A DNA stretch of 64,000 nucleotides. It comes from Longimicrobiales bacterium (GTDB taxonomy: Bacteria; Gemmatimonadota; Gemmatimonadetes; Longimicrobiales; Gaopeijiaceae). Where the stretch lies: positions 3,008,001 to 3,072,000 of the forward strand of contig OZ242008.1 in NCBI GenBank assembly GCA_965204735.1, given 5' to 3'. The notes under the pieces were generated by a model. The model saw only the letters and a list, made by a program, of their open reading frames with translations. It did not search any database and had not been told where the DNA came from. Shown piece after piece: positions 8,238 to 19,900 of the stretch (positions are counted from its first letter, which is position 1; each line of letters begins with the position of its first letter). The translations under genes were made by a program, and so were the position numbers.

Positions 8238-11207
8238 ATGACCGTCGGCTGATCGAGGAGTGGTTGCCGATCGCGGAGCTGAGCGAGGAGTCCACCCGCG
8301 AGCGCCGATCCATGACCGCGTTGCCGCCCGTGTACTACCTGCATGTGTGGTGGGCGCGACGGCCCTTGGTGGCGTCGAGAGCCGCCGTGCTGGGGGCATT
8401 GCTGCCCGCGGACGCGGACCGAAAGCGGTTTCTGCACGTGCTGGGCATTCACGGGGACCCAGTGACGGTCCGACGCCGCATCGACGCGGCCAAGCGAAAC
8501 GGAGAAGACCTCGGCCCGAATCCGTATGGCTACAAGCGGGCCTTCTCGTACTCGCCGGCGGGTGTCGATCTTGAGTGGATCGGCGATAGTAGTAGTAGCG
8601 TGTCTGTCAAGGGCGGCCTGGATAAGGTCCGGGTACTTGATCCTACAGCAGGTGGTGGCAGTATTCCCGTGGAGGCTGTCCGTGTCGGCTGCCGCCCGCT
8701 TGCGAATGACCTCAATCCCGTGGCGGCGATGTTGCTGGACGCTACGGTGAACTGGCCGCTCACGCATGGGAGTCGAATACAAGAGGAATTTGCCGGGCTG
8801 GGCGCAGAGTTTGTCGAGCGTACTGAGACAAGGTATGAAGGAGTGTTTCCGCTGGAATCGGATGGGATTCGAGTCGTAGCATATTGTTGGGCCCACACGG
8901 TCCGTTGTCCGTACTGCAACGGTGTGGTACCGCTGTCGCCAAACTGGCGTCTTGCGAAGGGTGGCATGGGCGTGAGGCTGGTCCCGCGGATGGGAGACGG
9001 TCCGGGCTCCAATGATCGGCGTTGCGAGTTCGAGATCGTCAGCACGGTGGCGGAGCAGTCGGCGGGCACGGTGGGTCGCGGGACGGCCAACTGTCCGTAC
9101 CGGGACTGCGGTCGAGTGATCGACGGTGACGAGATCAAGTTGCAGGCGCAGGAAGGGGAGATGGGCCACCAGGCTGTACGCCGTCGTGTACAAGAAGCGC
9201 GTGCCCCGAATCCTGAAGTCGGGAAAACGCGGCAAGGACAGGTGGGTGCGCGGCTACCGCGCTCCGCGCCCGTCGGACGACAACAGCCAGGAGATTGAGC
9301 GTCTACTGGCGGAGAAGCTGCCGGAGTGGGAGGCGCTGGACATCGTGCCGAGCGAGAGGATACCGGACGGCAACAAGACGACGGAGCCGCTGCGGTACGG
9401 CATGCCTTACTGGCGGGACATGTTCTCCCCGCGCCAGCTGTTCTGCCACTGCACCAGCGTCGAGGTCTTCCGCGAGATGCTCAAGGCTGATCGCAATGAC
9501 CGGCGAATGACCGGGGTGCGGAAGGCGGCATACGGATACTTGGCTATCGCTCTGGACACGTTGCTGAATTTCAACAGTCGAGCGACTCGATGGGTGTCAA
9601 CGACAGGCAGAATCACCTCGACCTTCGATCGACACAATTTTGCATTCGTATGGTCGTATGCAGAGATGGCCCCGGTCGTAACCGGCATCGGCTACGACTG
9701 GGCGATCAAGAAAACCGCCAAGTGCATCGGCGAACTCGTCGCGCTGATTCATTCCCCGGCGGACGACAACAACGGCCCGATCTTCAACGACGATTCGGGC
9801 GAATCCCCTCCACCCAAACCCGTCATCACCTGCAAGTCCGCCGACAACCTGGACCACATCGCCGACGGCGAGATCGACGCTGTCGTCATGGACCCGCCGT
9901 ACTACGACAACGTCATGTACGCCGAGCTGTCCGACTTCTTCTACGTCTGGCTCAAGCGGACCGCCGGCTACGTCTTCCCCGAACTCTTCCGCCGCCAGTT
10001 GACCGACAAGGACAACGAGGCCGTCGCAAACCCGGCGCGCTGGAAGGGCGAGAAGGGCGCCAAGGCCCGCGCCGGCAAGGACTACCAGGAGCGCATGGCG
10101 GCGATCTTCCAGGAATGCCGTCGCGTGCTCAAGCCCGACGGAATCATGCCGCTTATGTTCACCCACAAGGCCACCGGGGCGTGGGACGCGCTCACGGTGG
10201 GGCTAATGGAGGCGGGCTTCAGGATCACGGCGTCGTGGCCGATCAACACGGAGGCGCCGGGCAGCCTGCACATCAAGGACAAGGCGGCGGCGAACAGCAC
10301 AGTCTTCCTTGTATGCCGCCCGCGAACCGGCGATGAAGAGAAGGAATCGGACGACGTTTACTGGGAGGATGTGGAGCCCGAGGTCGCACGTGCCGTCCGC
10401 AAGCGCATCCCCCAGTTCAAGGAGGCGAACATCCGGGGCGTGGACCTGTACTTGGCGTCGTTTGGGCCGGCGCTGGAAGAGTTCTCGCGCCACTGGCCGC
10501 TCCGGCGCGGAACGCCCCGACAGCGGACGCGGGCCCAGAAGCGTCGCCGGCAGTCCGAGCTCTTCCAAGAGAAGGAGGACCCCTACGCCGCGACGCCGGA
10601 GGACGCACTGGAGGTCGCACGCCGCGAGGTGAAGCGCTGGCGGCTGGAAGAGCTGACCCGCGTCAGGGCGGGCGACGACATGGACGCTCGGACGGCGTTC
10701 TTCGTGCTGGCGTGGGACGCCTTCCGGGCGCCGCGCTTTCCCTACGACGAGGCGTTGAAACTGGCGCGCGCGGTGGGCGTGGACCTGGACAAGGAAGTCG
10801 TGGGTCGGACGGCGGCGAAGGTCGGGGCGAACTTGGTGCTGTGGGACAGCGCGGAGCGGGCGGCAAAGGGCAGCCTGGGGCCGGCGGACGGATCGACGGG
10901 CATGATCGACGTGCTGTACCGGACGGCTCATCTGGGGCGTATCCGTTCGCTCGACGCGGCTCGGGAGTACTTGGAGAACGTCGGGCTGCACAAGGAGCCG
11001 CGCTTCCTGGCGGCATTGAAGGCGCTGCTGGAGGTGCTGCCGATGCCGAAATCGGTCACCAAGTTCGACTTGCCGAAGGGGCTGGCGGCGGCGGGGAGCG
11101 ACTTCGAGGTGCTGGAGAACCTTCGGCGGCTGGCGTTCGGGGAGCAGGTGGCCGAGCCGGCGCAGCTCAAGCTGTGGCGCGACGAAGAAGGGGACGACGC
11201 GACCTGA
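8234..11207 (+). pseudogene. DUF1156 adenine-specific DNA methyltransferase, copy A; +1 frameshift at ~9172 (real or sequencing error)
   Basis: [18 protein letters not shown], motif [23 protein letters not shown]/CPYxDC Zn ribbon, motif IV DPPYYDN. Sequence CACCAGGCTGTAC here versus CACCAGCTGTAC in copy B. Confidence 0.9.
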
Positions 11208-11209
11208 CG

Positions 11210-11278
11210 ATGCTGTCGGACCGGAAGTGGGAGCTGGCCTACACCACGGACGACGGCCCACTGGCCGAGAGCTTCTAC
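11210..11278 (+). pseudogene. 5' stub (23 codons) of the PLD-SNF2 helicase gene
   Basis: Nearly identical to 16951-17019 (MLSDRKWELAYTTDDGPLAE.FY), then switches abruptly into the DUF499 tail. Confidence 0.85.
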
Positions 11279-11286
11279 TACATCCT

Positions 11287-11619
11287 CGGCAGGCAGAGGC
11301 TCCGACTCGCCCCGGACCGAGTTCGCCTCCGAGGCCGGCTTGACGACGGACGAGGACGGCCCGAAAATGATCATGGAGCGGCTGTCCCGGTTCGTGACCG
11401 GATCGACGGCCGTGTCGGCTACCGGAACGGAGGAGGGCTGACGTGGCAAGACCAACCCGAACTTTCCCTGCCGCCTTCCCTTTGCCGTCGTGGAAAGGCG
11501 CGGACGCCATGGAGCGCGAAGAGGCGAGCTGCTGGCTGGGCACGGCGATGCGCCGTCGGAACCCCGGGCGGGTGCTGATGGCGCTGCGGTGCCTGCTGAC
11601 GGAAGCGGGACGGAAGTAG
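11287..11619 (+). pseudogene. DUF499 C-terminal remnant (11287-11441) plus in-frame deleted small associated gene (11443-11619), copy 2
   Basis: Direct repeat of 7140-7480. The 58-aa ORF reads VARPTRTFPAAFPLPS..MEREEASCWLGTAMRRRNPGRVLMALRCLLTEAGRK*. Confidence 0.6.
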
Positions 11620-11623
11620 GGCG

Positions 11624-12298
11624 ATGCGGATCGAGCCGAGGTACAGCAGCGTGATCGTACGCCTGTTCGGCCAGTTCGATCCCCAGGAACTCACACCTAC
11701 GTGGTTCGCACAACACGACCTGCTGCCACGTGACATGACGGACGCCGCCGAGGTGGTAGAGGGAAGCGGCAGCATCTTGTTCACGACCGACTGGCTCAGG
11801 TTTTGGGCAGATTCGGAGAGCATGAATGCCGAAACCCCGCAGGCACCCTACATCCAAGCGTTCGACCTCGTCAACAGGGCCTTCCGCGAGCACCTGTTTC
11901 GCACAACTCGCCTGACTGCATTTGCGATTAGCCGCAACGCTATCTTCTTCCCGTCGGATGTCGAAGTGTTTGATCGGATAGCAAGAACGCTCGTGACGTT
12001 TGACGAACATCCTGTCATTGACACCGACGGAGCGAACAGCCGTGACGGCGACGCGCCGGGTTCAGTGGTTGTAATGCAGGAAAACCAAGACGATATCGCG
12101 TTGCTGCACTTGCGTCGCACCACTGATCCGTTCATGATCGGCGTCGAATTCACCGAGAAGCACGCAAGCGAGTGCAATGATCCCGGAGAGAGCAAGGACT
12201 TGGTTCAAATGTTGGGAAGACGTTTCGACGACTTCGTCTTACGTGCCGACAAGGCAATCGAGCGAACAATGTCGTCTGGCACTCGCGAGAAGGATTAG
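11624..12298 (+). CDS. Uncharacterised protein (GQFDPQELTPTWF motif), gene 1 of a three-gene cargo module
   Basis: Intact 224-aa ORF with lower GC; a degraded second copy lies at 7485-7684. Confidence 0.75.
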   Translation: MRIEPRYSSVIVRLFGQFDPQELTPTWFAQHDLLPRDMTDAAEVVEGSGSILFTTDWLRFWADSESMNAETPQAPYIQAFDLVNRAFREHLFRTTRLTAFAISRNAIFFPSDVEVFDRIARTLVTFDEHPVIDTDGANSRDGDAPGSVVVMQENQDDIALLHLRRTTDPFMIGVEFTEKHASECNDPGESKDLVQMLGRRFDDFVLRADKAIERTMSSGTREKD

Positions 12299-12303
12299 CA
12301 CGC

Positions 12304-12816
12304 ATGCCACGTCACCAGTTGTCACCCCATCAAGACATGCGCCTGGAAATGTTGCCATCTGTAGCGCTCGCATCGCCTCCACCCGGCACAGATACACTCA
12401 AGCGCTTGGCCGATGGAGTCCACATTACCGACGATGTTCACCCCACGCCGGTAACTGGCAAGTCGCCGCAGATCGCGTTGCCAATAGTAGTGATAGTGCC
12501 ACTTCAAGAATGGGAGGGCTATGTGGCGGAGATCGGTGATGCAGATTTCACGGTGGCCCTCGTGGATATCACTCGCGGCGACAAGCACGTAAGCGAAACG
12601 GCCGTAATTCCACTCAAGGAATTGTCCCAGAAGGATGCGGCCGACTTGTCGCTAGGCCAGATTTTTCGTTGGGTAATCGGATATGAGTACTCGATGTCCG
12701 GCGAGAAGACGACAGTGTCGCACATCGTGTTCCGTGATCTGCCGAGGCTGACCGACGAAGACATGGAAGAGGCTCGAAAGTGGGCCCGGGAGTATAGCGA
12801 TTGGCTCGCATCGTGA
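12304..12816 (+). CDS. Uncharacterised 'QEWEGYV' protein, gene 2 of the module
   Basis: 170-aa ORF with a Pro-rich N-terminus and a beta-rich C-terminal domain. Paralogue at 2128-2490. Confidence 0.75.
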   Translation: MPRHQLSPHQDMRLEMLPSVALASPPPGTDTLKRLADGVHITDDVHPTPVTGKSPQIALPIVVIVPLQEWEGYVAEIGDADFTVALVDITRGDKHVSETAVIPLKELSQKDAADLSLGQIFRWVIGYEYSMSGEKTTVSHIVFRDLPRLTDEDMEEARKWAREYSDWLAS

Positions 12817-13931
12817 GGAAGCTGCATGAGCCACCGAAATCGACCGACATTGAACTCACAGTAATCGGGCCCGGCTACGGTGAGAGCATCCTGGTCCATG
12901 TTGGCGAAGGAAGATGGATTATCGTGGACTCATGTATCGATCGCGAAACGGGCAGGCCCCGAGCGCTGACTTATCTTGAAGGCATCGAAGTCGATCCATC
13001 CACCTCTGTTGCACTGGTCGTAGCAACCCACTGGCATGACGACCACATAGCCGGAATGGAACAGCTCGCGACCGTATGCCGCAAGGCGGCTTTCTGCTGC
13101 CCCGCCGCTTTGCTCGATGAGGAATGTCGAACGATCATCGCTGCACTGAAGGGACAGCCTGTGACACCTGCCAGCTCGAATGTGAGCGCGATATTTGCGA
13201 CGTTGACGGCGCTGCTTGCGAGGAATTCCCATCCCTGTTTTGCCATCGCCGATCGTCGTGTCTTTCTGCACGGGAAGTGCGAAGTATGGACTTTGTCGCC
13301 CAGCGACGGTGCATTTCTGGGCTCCATCAGGTCCCTGAAGGGCGCGTCGCCCGCCGACACGCGACGTGGAGTGCGACTGCCTGCCTTGTCGCCCAACCGG
13401 GCATCGGCAGTGTTGTGGATTGAAGTTGAAGGTGTGGCCCTCCTGCTCGGCGCCGATCTGCCGAAAGCCGGCTGGAAGGACATATTGGAAAGCCGGACTC
13501 GACCCCTAGGCCGTGCGTCCGTAGTCAAAGTGCCGCATCATGGGTCTCAAGACGCCTTTGAGCCACGAGTGTGGAACGAGATGACGACGACACAGCCGGT
13601 GGCGGTCGTGACGCCGTCCGCCAAAGGAATGAGCCCTCCGCCAACGGCAGAAGACCTCACGAGAATACTGCTCAAGACGAAAGACGCCTACATCACCGCC
13701 GAGCCTCGAAGTCAACAGACGCCAACCAAGCTGCACCACGAAGTCGACAGGGTGCTTCGACAGAAGGTGATCAAGAGGGACTCGGTCGGCAAGCCGGGGA
13801 TTGTACGACTGAGAAGGAGCATCGGTTCAGAACAGGACTGGACGGTAGAAAGATTCGGAGGCGCATGTAGCGTCGGCCGCTACGTGACCGTAACAGCAGA
13901 TGGCGACGCCAACGGAGCCGATACATCGTGA
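12813..13931 (+). CDS. MBL-fold (ComEC/Rec2-like) metallo-hydrolase, putative nuclease, gene 3 of the module
   Basis: GPGYGESILV, VDSC, THWHDDHIAG (HxHxDH), LLGADL, KVPHHGS. GTGA overlap with the upstream gene; no transmembrane competence domain. Confidence 0.88.
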   Translation: MRKLHEPPKSTDIELTVIGPGYGESILVHVGEGRWIIVDSCIDRETGRPRALTYLEGIEVDPSTSVALVVATHWHDDHIAGMEQLATVCRKAAFCCPAALLDEECRTIIAALKGQPVTPASSNVSAIFATLTALLARNSHPCFAIADRRVFLHGKCEVWTLSPSDGAFLGSIRSLKGASPADTRRGVRLPALSPNRASAVLWIEVEGVALLLGADLPKAGWKDILESRTRPLGRASVVKVPHHGSQDAFEPRVWNEMTTTQPVAVVTPSAKGMSPPPTAEDLTRILLKTKDAYITAEPRSQQTPTKLHHEVDRVLRQKVIKRDSVGKPGIVRLRRSIGSEQDWTVERFGGACSVGRYVTVTADGDANGADTS

Positions 13932-13996
13932 TCCGCCAAGTGCAGGCCCTGAGGTGCTGGAGACACGAAGGCGATCGCTGCGGCCTTGGACCATGA
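13928..13996 (+). pseudogene. 22-aa stub resembling the start of the MAD3-like ATPase
   Basis: AACGGAGCCGATACATCGTGATCCGCCAAGTGCAGGCCCTG versus AACGGAATCGACACATCATCATGATCCGTCGAATCCAGGCACTG at 2592; VIRQVQAL versus MIRRIQAL. Confidence 0.5.
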
Positions 13997-16948
13997 GTGA
14001 CCGTCGGCTGATCGAGGAGTGGATGCCGATCGCGGAGATCGGGATCGAGGGTACCCGCGAGCGGACCCCGATGACGCCGTTTCCGGCGCCGAATCGGCTT
14101 CACGTGTGGTGGGCGCGTCGGCCTTTGGTGGCGTCAAGAGCTGCCGTGCTGGGGGCGTTGCTGCCAGCGGACGCGGATCGGGAACGGTTTCTGCACGTGC
14201 TTGGGATTCATGGGGACCCGGTGGCTGCCAAGGGGCGTATCGCCGTCGCGACGCGGGCTGGAAAACGGCTTGGTGCGGACGCGTACGGATACATACGTGC
14301 CTTTCGATACACGCCGTCTGTGGAAGAAGCGGATTGGTTGGCCGACTCGATTGGCAGCGACACCACGGTGCTTGATCCGACGGCAGGCGGTGGAGCCGTC
14401 CCTTTTGAAGCAATGCGGCTCGGATTTATTACGACATACGCCAACGATCTCAACCCTGTTGCTGCTCTCATCGGACGGGCGACGGTTGAATGGCCAGCGA
14501 CGTTACTAGGGCCGGAGATTCGTAAGCCATTCTTGGAACTTGGAACAAGGCTAGTCAACGAAATCCGACGGCGTCTCGTTGGCGTGTTTCCCGACGAGCC
14601 GCTCGACGATGTTCGACCGGACGGGTACGTCTGGGCCCACACTGTCCGTTGCCCGTACTGCAATGGCGTGGTGCCTTTGTCTCCGAACTGGCGTCTGACG
14701 CCGGACGGGACGGGCGTGAAGCTGCAGCCACACCTGGGAGACGGGCTGGGCTCCGACGATCGTCGCTGCGAGTTCCAGATCGTGGAGTCGGCCAACGAGC
14801 AGTCGGCGGGCACGGTGAGTCGCGGGAACGCCAACTGTCCCTATCCAGACTGCGGTCGGGTGGTCGACGGCGACGAGATCAAGCTGCAGGCGCGGGAAGG
14901 GGAGATGGGCCACCAGCTGTACGCCGTCGTGTGCAAAAAGCGCGTGCGGAAGATGCTGAAGTCGGGAAAGCGGGGCAAGGACAGGTGGGTGCGCGGCTAC
15001 CGCGCTCCGTGCCCGTCGGACGACAACGGCGATGAGATTGAGCGGCTGCTGGCGGAGAAGCTGCCGGAGTGGGAGGCGCTGGACATCGTGCCGAGCGAGA
15101 GGATACCGGACGGCAACAAGACGACAGAGCCGCTGCGGTACGGCATGCCTTACTGGCGAGACATGTTCTCCTCACGCCAGCTGCTGTGCCACGGTACCAG
15201 CATCGAGGTCTTCCGCGAGATGCTTTTGGCCGACCAGAACGTCGGAAGGCTTACCGAGCTCCGCAAGGCGGCATACGGATACTTGGCGCTAGCGATGGAC
15301 AAGGTAGTGGCCTACAACTCGCGAATGTCCTCGTGGCATGCAGGCCGGGAGGTGATCGCAAGTGTGTTTTCACAGCACGACTTTTCATTCAAGTGGTCTT
15401 ACGCCGAGATGGCACCGCTCGTCACCGGCATTGGCTACGACTGGGCGAATCGGGAGACAGCCAAGTGCATCGGCGAGCTCGCGGCACTGATTCGTCCCCA
15501 GACGGACGAAGACAACGGCCCGATCTTCAACAACGATTCCGACGAGTCCCTCCCGCCCAAGCCCGTCATCACCTGCAAGTCCGCCGACAACCTGGACCAC
15601 ATCGCCGACGGCGAGATCGACGCCGTCGTCATGGACCCGCCGTACTACGACAACGTCATGTACGCCGAGCTGTCCGACTTCTTCTACGTCTGGCTCAAGC
15701 GGACCGCCGGCTACGTCTTCCCCGAACTCTTCCGCCGCCGGCTGACCGACAAGGACAACGAGGCCGTCGCGAACCCGGCCCGCTGGAAGGGCGAGAAGGG
15801 CGCCAAGGCGCGCGCCGGCAAGGACTACCAGGAACCGCATGGCGGCGATCTTCCAGGAGTGTCGTCGCGTGCTCAAGCCCGACGGGATCATGACGCTCAT
15901 GTTCACCCACAAGGCCACCGGGGCGTGGGACGCCCTCACGGTGGGGCTGATGGAGGCGGGCTTCAGGATCACGGCGTCGTGGCCGATCAACACGGAGGCG
16001 CCGGGCAGCCTGCACATCAAGGACAAGGCGGCGGCGAACAGCACGGTCTTCCTTGTATGCCGTCCGCGAACCGGCGAAGAGAAGGAATCGGACACCATCT
16101 ACTGGGAGGACGTGGAGCCCGAAGTGGCGCGTGCCGTCCGCAAGCGCATCCCCCAGTTCAAGGAGGCGAACATCCGGGGCGTGGACCTGTACTTGGCGTC
16201 GTTTGGACCGGCGCTGGAGGAGTTCTCGCGCCACTGGCCGCTCCGGCGCGGAACGCCCCGACAGCGGACGCGGGCCCAGAAGCGTCGCCGCCAGCAGGAG
16301 CTCTTCGACGAGAAGGAGGACCTCTACGCCGCGACGCCGGAGGACGCGCTGGAGGTCGCGCGCCGCGAGGTGAAGCGGTGGCGGCTGGAGCAGCTGACCC
16401 GCGTCAGGGCGGGCGACGACATGGACGCTCGGACGGCGTTCTTCGTGCTGGCGTGGGACGCCTTCCGGGCGCCGCGCTTTCCCTACGACGAGGCGTTGAA
16501 GCTGGCGCGCGCGGTGGGCGTGGACCTGGACAAGGAGGTCGTTGGTCGGACGGCGGCGAAGGTCGGGGCGAACTTGGTGCTGTGGGACAGCGCCGAGCGT
16601 GCGGCGAAGGGCAGCCTGGGGCCGGCGGACGGCTCGACGGGCATGATCGACGTGCTGTACCGGGCGGCCCATCTGGGGCGCCTCCGTTCGCTGGACGCGG
16701 CTCGGGAGTACTTGGAGAACGTCGGGTTGCACAAGGAGCCGCGCTTCCTGGCGGCGTTGAAGGCGCTGCTGGAGGTGCTGCCGATGCCGAAATCGGTCAC
16801 CAAGTTCGACTTGCCGAAGGGGCTGGCGGCGGCGGGGAGCGACTTCGAGGTGCTGGAGAACCTTCGGCGGCTGGCGTTCGGCGAGCAGGTGGCCGAGCCG
16901 GCGCAGCTCAAGCTGTGGCGCGACGAAGAAGGGGACGACGCGACCTGA
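13993..16948 (+). pseudogene. DUF1156 adenine-specific DNA methyltransferase, copy B; +1 frameshift at ~15835 (real or sequencing error)
   Basis: Same motifs as copy A ([25 protein letters not shown]). Sequence CAGGAACCGCATG here versus CAGGAGCGCATG in copy A. Confidence 0.9.
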
Positions 16949-16950
16949 CG

Positions 16951-19900
16951 ATGCTGTCGGACCGGAAGTGGGAGCTGGCCTACACCACGGACGACGGCCC
17001 ACTGGCCGAGTGCTTCTACGTGCCCGCCCTCCGGCACGCCGTTCGCTACGACCGGCTGACCGGATACTTCAACGCTGGCGCGCTGACCCTGGCGGCGCGG
17101 GGCATCGAAGGGCTGGTGCGCAACAATGGCGTCATGCGCATGATCGTCGGGTGCACGCTGGAACAGGAGGAGATCGGGGCGATCCAAAGGGGCGACCAGC
17201 TGCGCAACGCTGTCGAGCAGCGTCTGGCCAGCATCCCCCTTGCGCCCGACCCAAACGAGACCGACGCCCTGGAGCTGCTGGCGTGGATGGTCGCGCGCAA
17301 GCACCTGGAGGTGAAAGTCGCAGTGCCGTGCGACGCCGGCGCCCGCCGTCCCATACCAAACGGCGCCATCTTCCACGAGAAGACCGGCGTGGTCGAGGAC
17401 CGGGCGGGGGACCGAGTCGCCTGGACCGGCAGTCTGAACGAGACCCCCAGCGGCTGGCAGTACAACTGGGAGCGCATCCAAGTCTACACCAGCTGGCGCG
17501 ACGGGGAACGCGTTGCAGGCCTCGAGGCCGACTTCGACAAGCTGTGGAACGACCAAGCCCGACGGGCGACCGTGCTGACCTTGCCCGAAGCGGTTCGCCG
17601 GGACCTGCTGCGCTTCCTTCCCAAGGACGACAAGCCGCCCGCCCGCCTTCAAGAGCGCGAGGAGACGACCCGCCCCGGGCTGGGATCGGATTCCGGCTTG
17701 CCGCCCGGCCTGGAGGGCACGATCAGAGAGCCATCCCCGCCGACCTACGGCGACGCCGACGCCGACAAGCGCGTCTTCCGCGACCGCGTGTGGTCGTTCA
17801 TCAAGCAGGCGCCGGCGATGGCGGGAGGCGGAGGGCGCGTGGGCGAAGCGACGGCGGCGGTCGAGCCGTGGCCACATCAGGCCCGGGCCTTCCGCCGCAT
17901 GTACGACGGCTGGCCGCCCAGGCTCCTCGTCGCGGACGAGGTGGGGCTGGGCAAGACGATTCAGGCGGGGATGCTGCTGCGGCAGGCTTGGCTGTCGGGG
18001 CGCGCCAAGCGGATCCTCGTGCTGGCGCCGAAGGCCGTGCTGCGCCAGTGGCAGGTCGAGCTCTACGAGAAGTTCAACCTCAACTGGCCCATCTACGACA
18101 AGGGCGAGATGACTTGGCACCCGTCGCCCGCCTTGCGGGGCCGCCACGTCCGGCCCGCGGCCAGCGACCGTTGGCACCAGGAGCCCGTGGTGATCGCGTC
18201 CAGCTACCTGATGCGCCGAAGCGACCGTCGGCAAGCGCTTCTGGAGGACGCCGAGCCGTGGGACTTGATCGTCCTCGACGAGGCCCATCACGCCCGACGC
18301 CGGGGCGCGGCGGGCGCGTCCGACGGCGCTCCCAACACCCTTCTGCGGCTCATGGAGGGGCTGAAGGACCGCACGAAGGGCCTCGTCCTGCTGACGGCCA
18401 CGCCGATGCAGGTCCGTCCCGGCGAGCTCTGGGACCTTCTGCAACTGCTGGGGCTGCCGCCCGAGTGGACACCGGCCGAGTTCGTCGAGTTCTTCGAGCA
18501 CGCCCAGCGGGCGGACCCCACGCCCGCCGCCTTCGAGAGGATGGCGCGGCTCTTCCAAGCGACGGAGCGGCGCTACGGGGCCATGGCGCCAGCCCAGCTT
18601 GCCCGGGCGCTCGAGGGGCTCTCCCGCCTTCAGGCCCGGAAGGTGGTGCGCGCACTGCGGGACCGGGCCGAGACGCCTCGTCGCCAGCTGTCGGGAGCGC
18701 AGCGCGAAGCGGCCCTCCGGCTGATGCGGGTGAACACGCCCGTGCGGCGCCTCGTGTCCCGGCACACGCGGGAGCTTCTTCGCGAGTACCACCGGCGCGG
18801 CCTGCTGGCGACGCGCATCGCCGACCGCGATGTGGACGACCGCTTCGTCCAGATGAGCGCCGACGAGCGCGAACTGTACGAGGCGGTGGAGGAGTACATC
18901 GCCACGACGTACAACCAAGCGTCGGAAGAGGAGCGGCGGGCCGTCGGATTCGTCATGACGATCTACCGGCGGCGGCTGGCCAGCAGCTTCCGGGCGTTGC
19001 GCCGCACGTTGGAGCGGCGCGTCGGGGGCGAGGGCGGGCCGAGCGGGGACACAGCGGGCGGAACCGGCGGCACTGCAGGCGGCGTGGACGCCGATCCCTC
19101 GCTCGCCGAAGCCACCCTGGCCGAGGACGTGTCCGACGACGAGGTGGCCGACGACCCCGCCTTGGACGAGGACGCGGTGGCCAAGGCGCTGCGGGAATCC
19201 CTTCGCGCCGAAGAAGCGGAGGACGTGCGACGGCTCCTCGACCAGATCGCCCGGCTTCCGCCCGACAGCAAGCTTGCGGCCCTGAAGGACGCACTGGACG
19301 ACCTGCGCGAGCGCGGACACCGCCAAGTCATGGTCTTCACGCAGTACACCGACACCATGGACTTCCTGCGGGAAGAGCTGGCCGGGGACGCGGGAGCCCT
19401 GGAGGCCGGAACTGCGCGGGACGCCGGCTCCGCCCCAGCAAGCGCCGGCTCCGCCCCCACAAGCGCTGGCTCCGCCCCAACAAGTGCCGGCTCCGCCCCC
19501 AAGCTCATGTGCTACTCGGGCCGGGGCGGCGAAGTGCCCGGCACGGACGGCTGGCGGCCCGTGGACCGCGACACCGTCAAGCGACGCTTTCGAGACGGCC
19601 AGGCCGACGTGCTGCTGTGCACCGAGGCGGCGGCAGAAGGGCTCAACTTCCAGTTCTGCGGCGCCCTGGTGAACTACGACATGCCATGGAACCCGATGCG
19701 GGTCGAGCAGCGCATCGGCCGGATCGACCGCGTGGGCCAGCAGCACCCGACGATACGCATCGTGAACCTTCACTACGCGGACACCGTCGAGACCGACATC
19801 TACCGGGTGCTGCGGGAGCGCATCGGGCTCTTCGCCAAGATGGTGGGCCGGCTGCAGCCGATCTTGGCGCGGTTGCCGGGGACGATCACGCGGGCCGTGC

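Noticed and set aside
12813..13931. Competence gene comEC or a beta-lactamase
   Set aside because: No membrane competence domain or signal peptide, and it sits in a defence-island context.
8234..16948. DGR or invertase shufflon behind the methylase variation
   Set aside because: No reverse transcriptase or site-specific recombinase in the window; the copies are in direct orientation and the differences are not adenine-specific.
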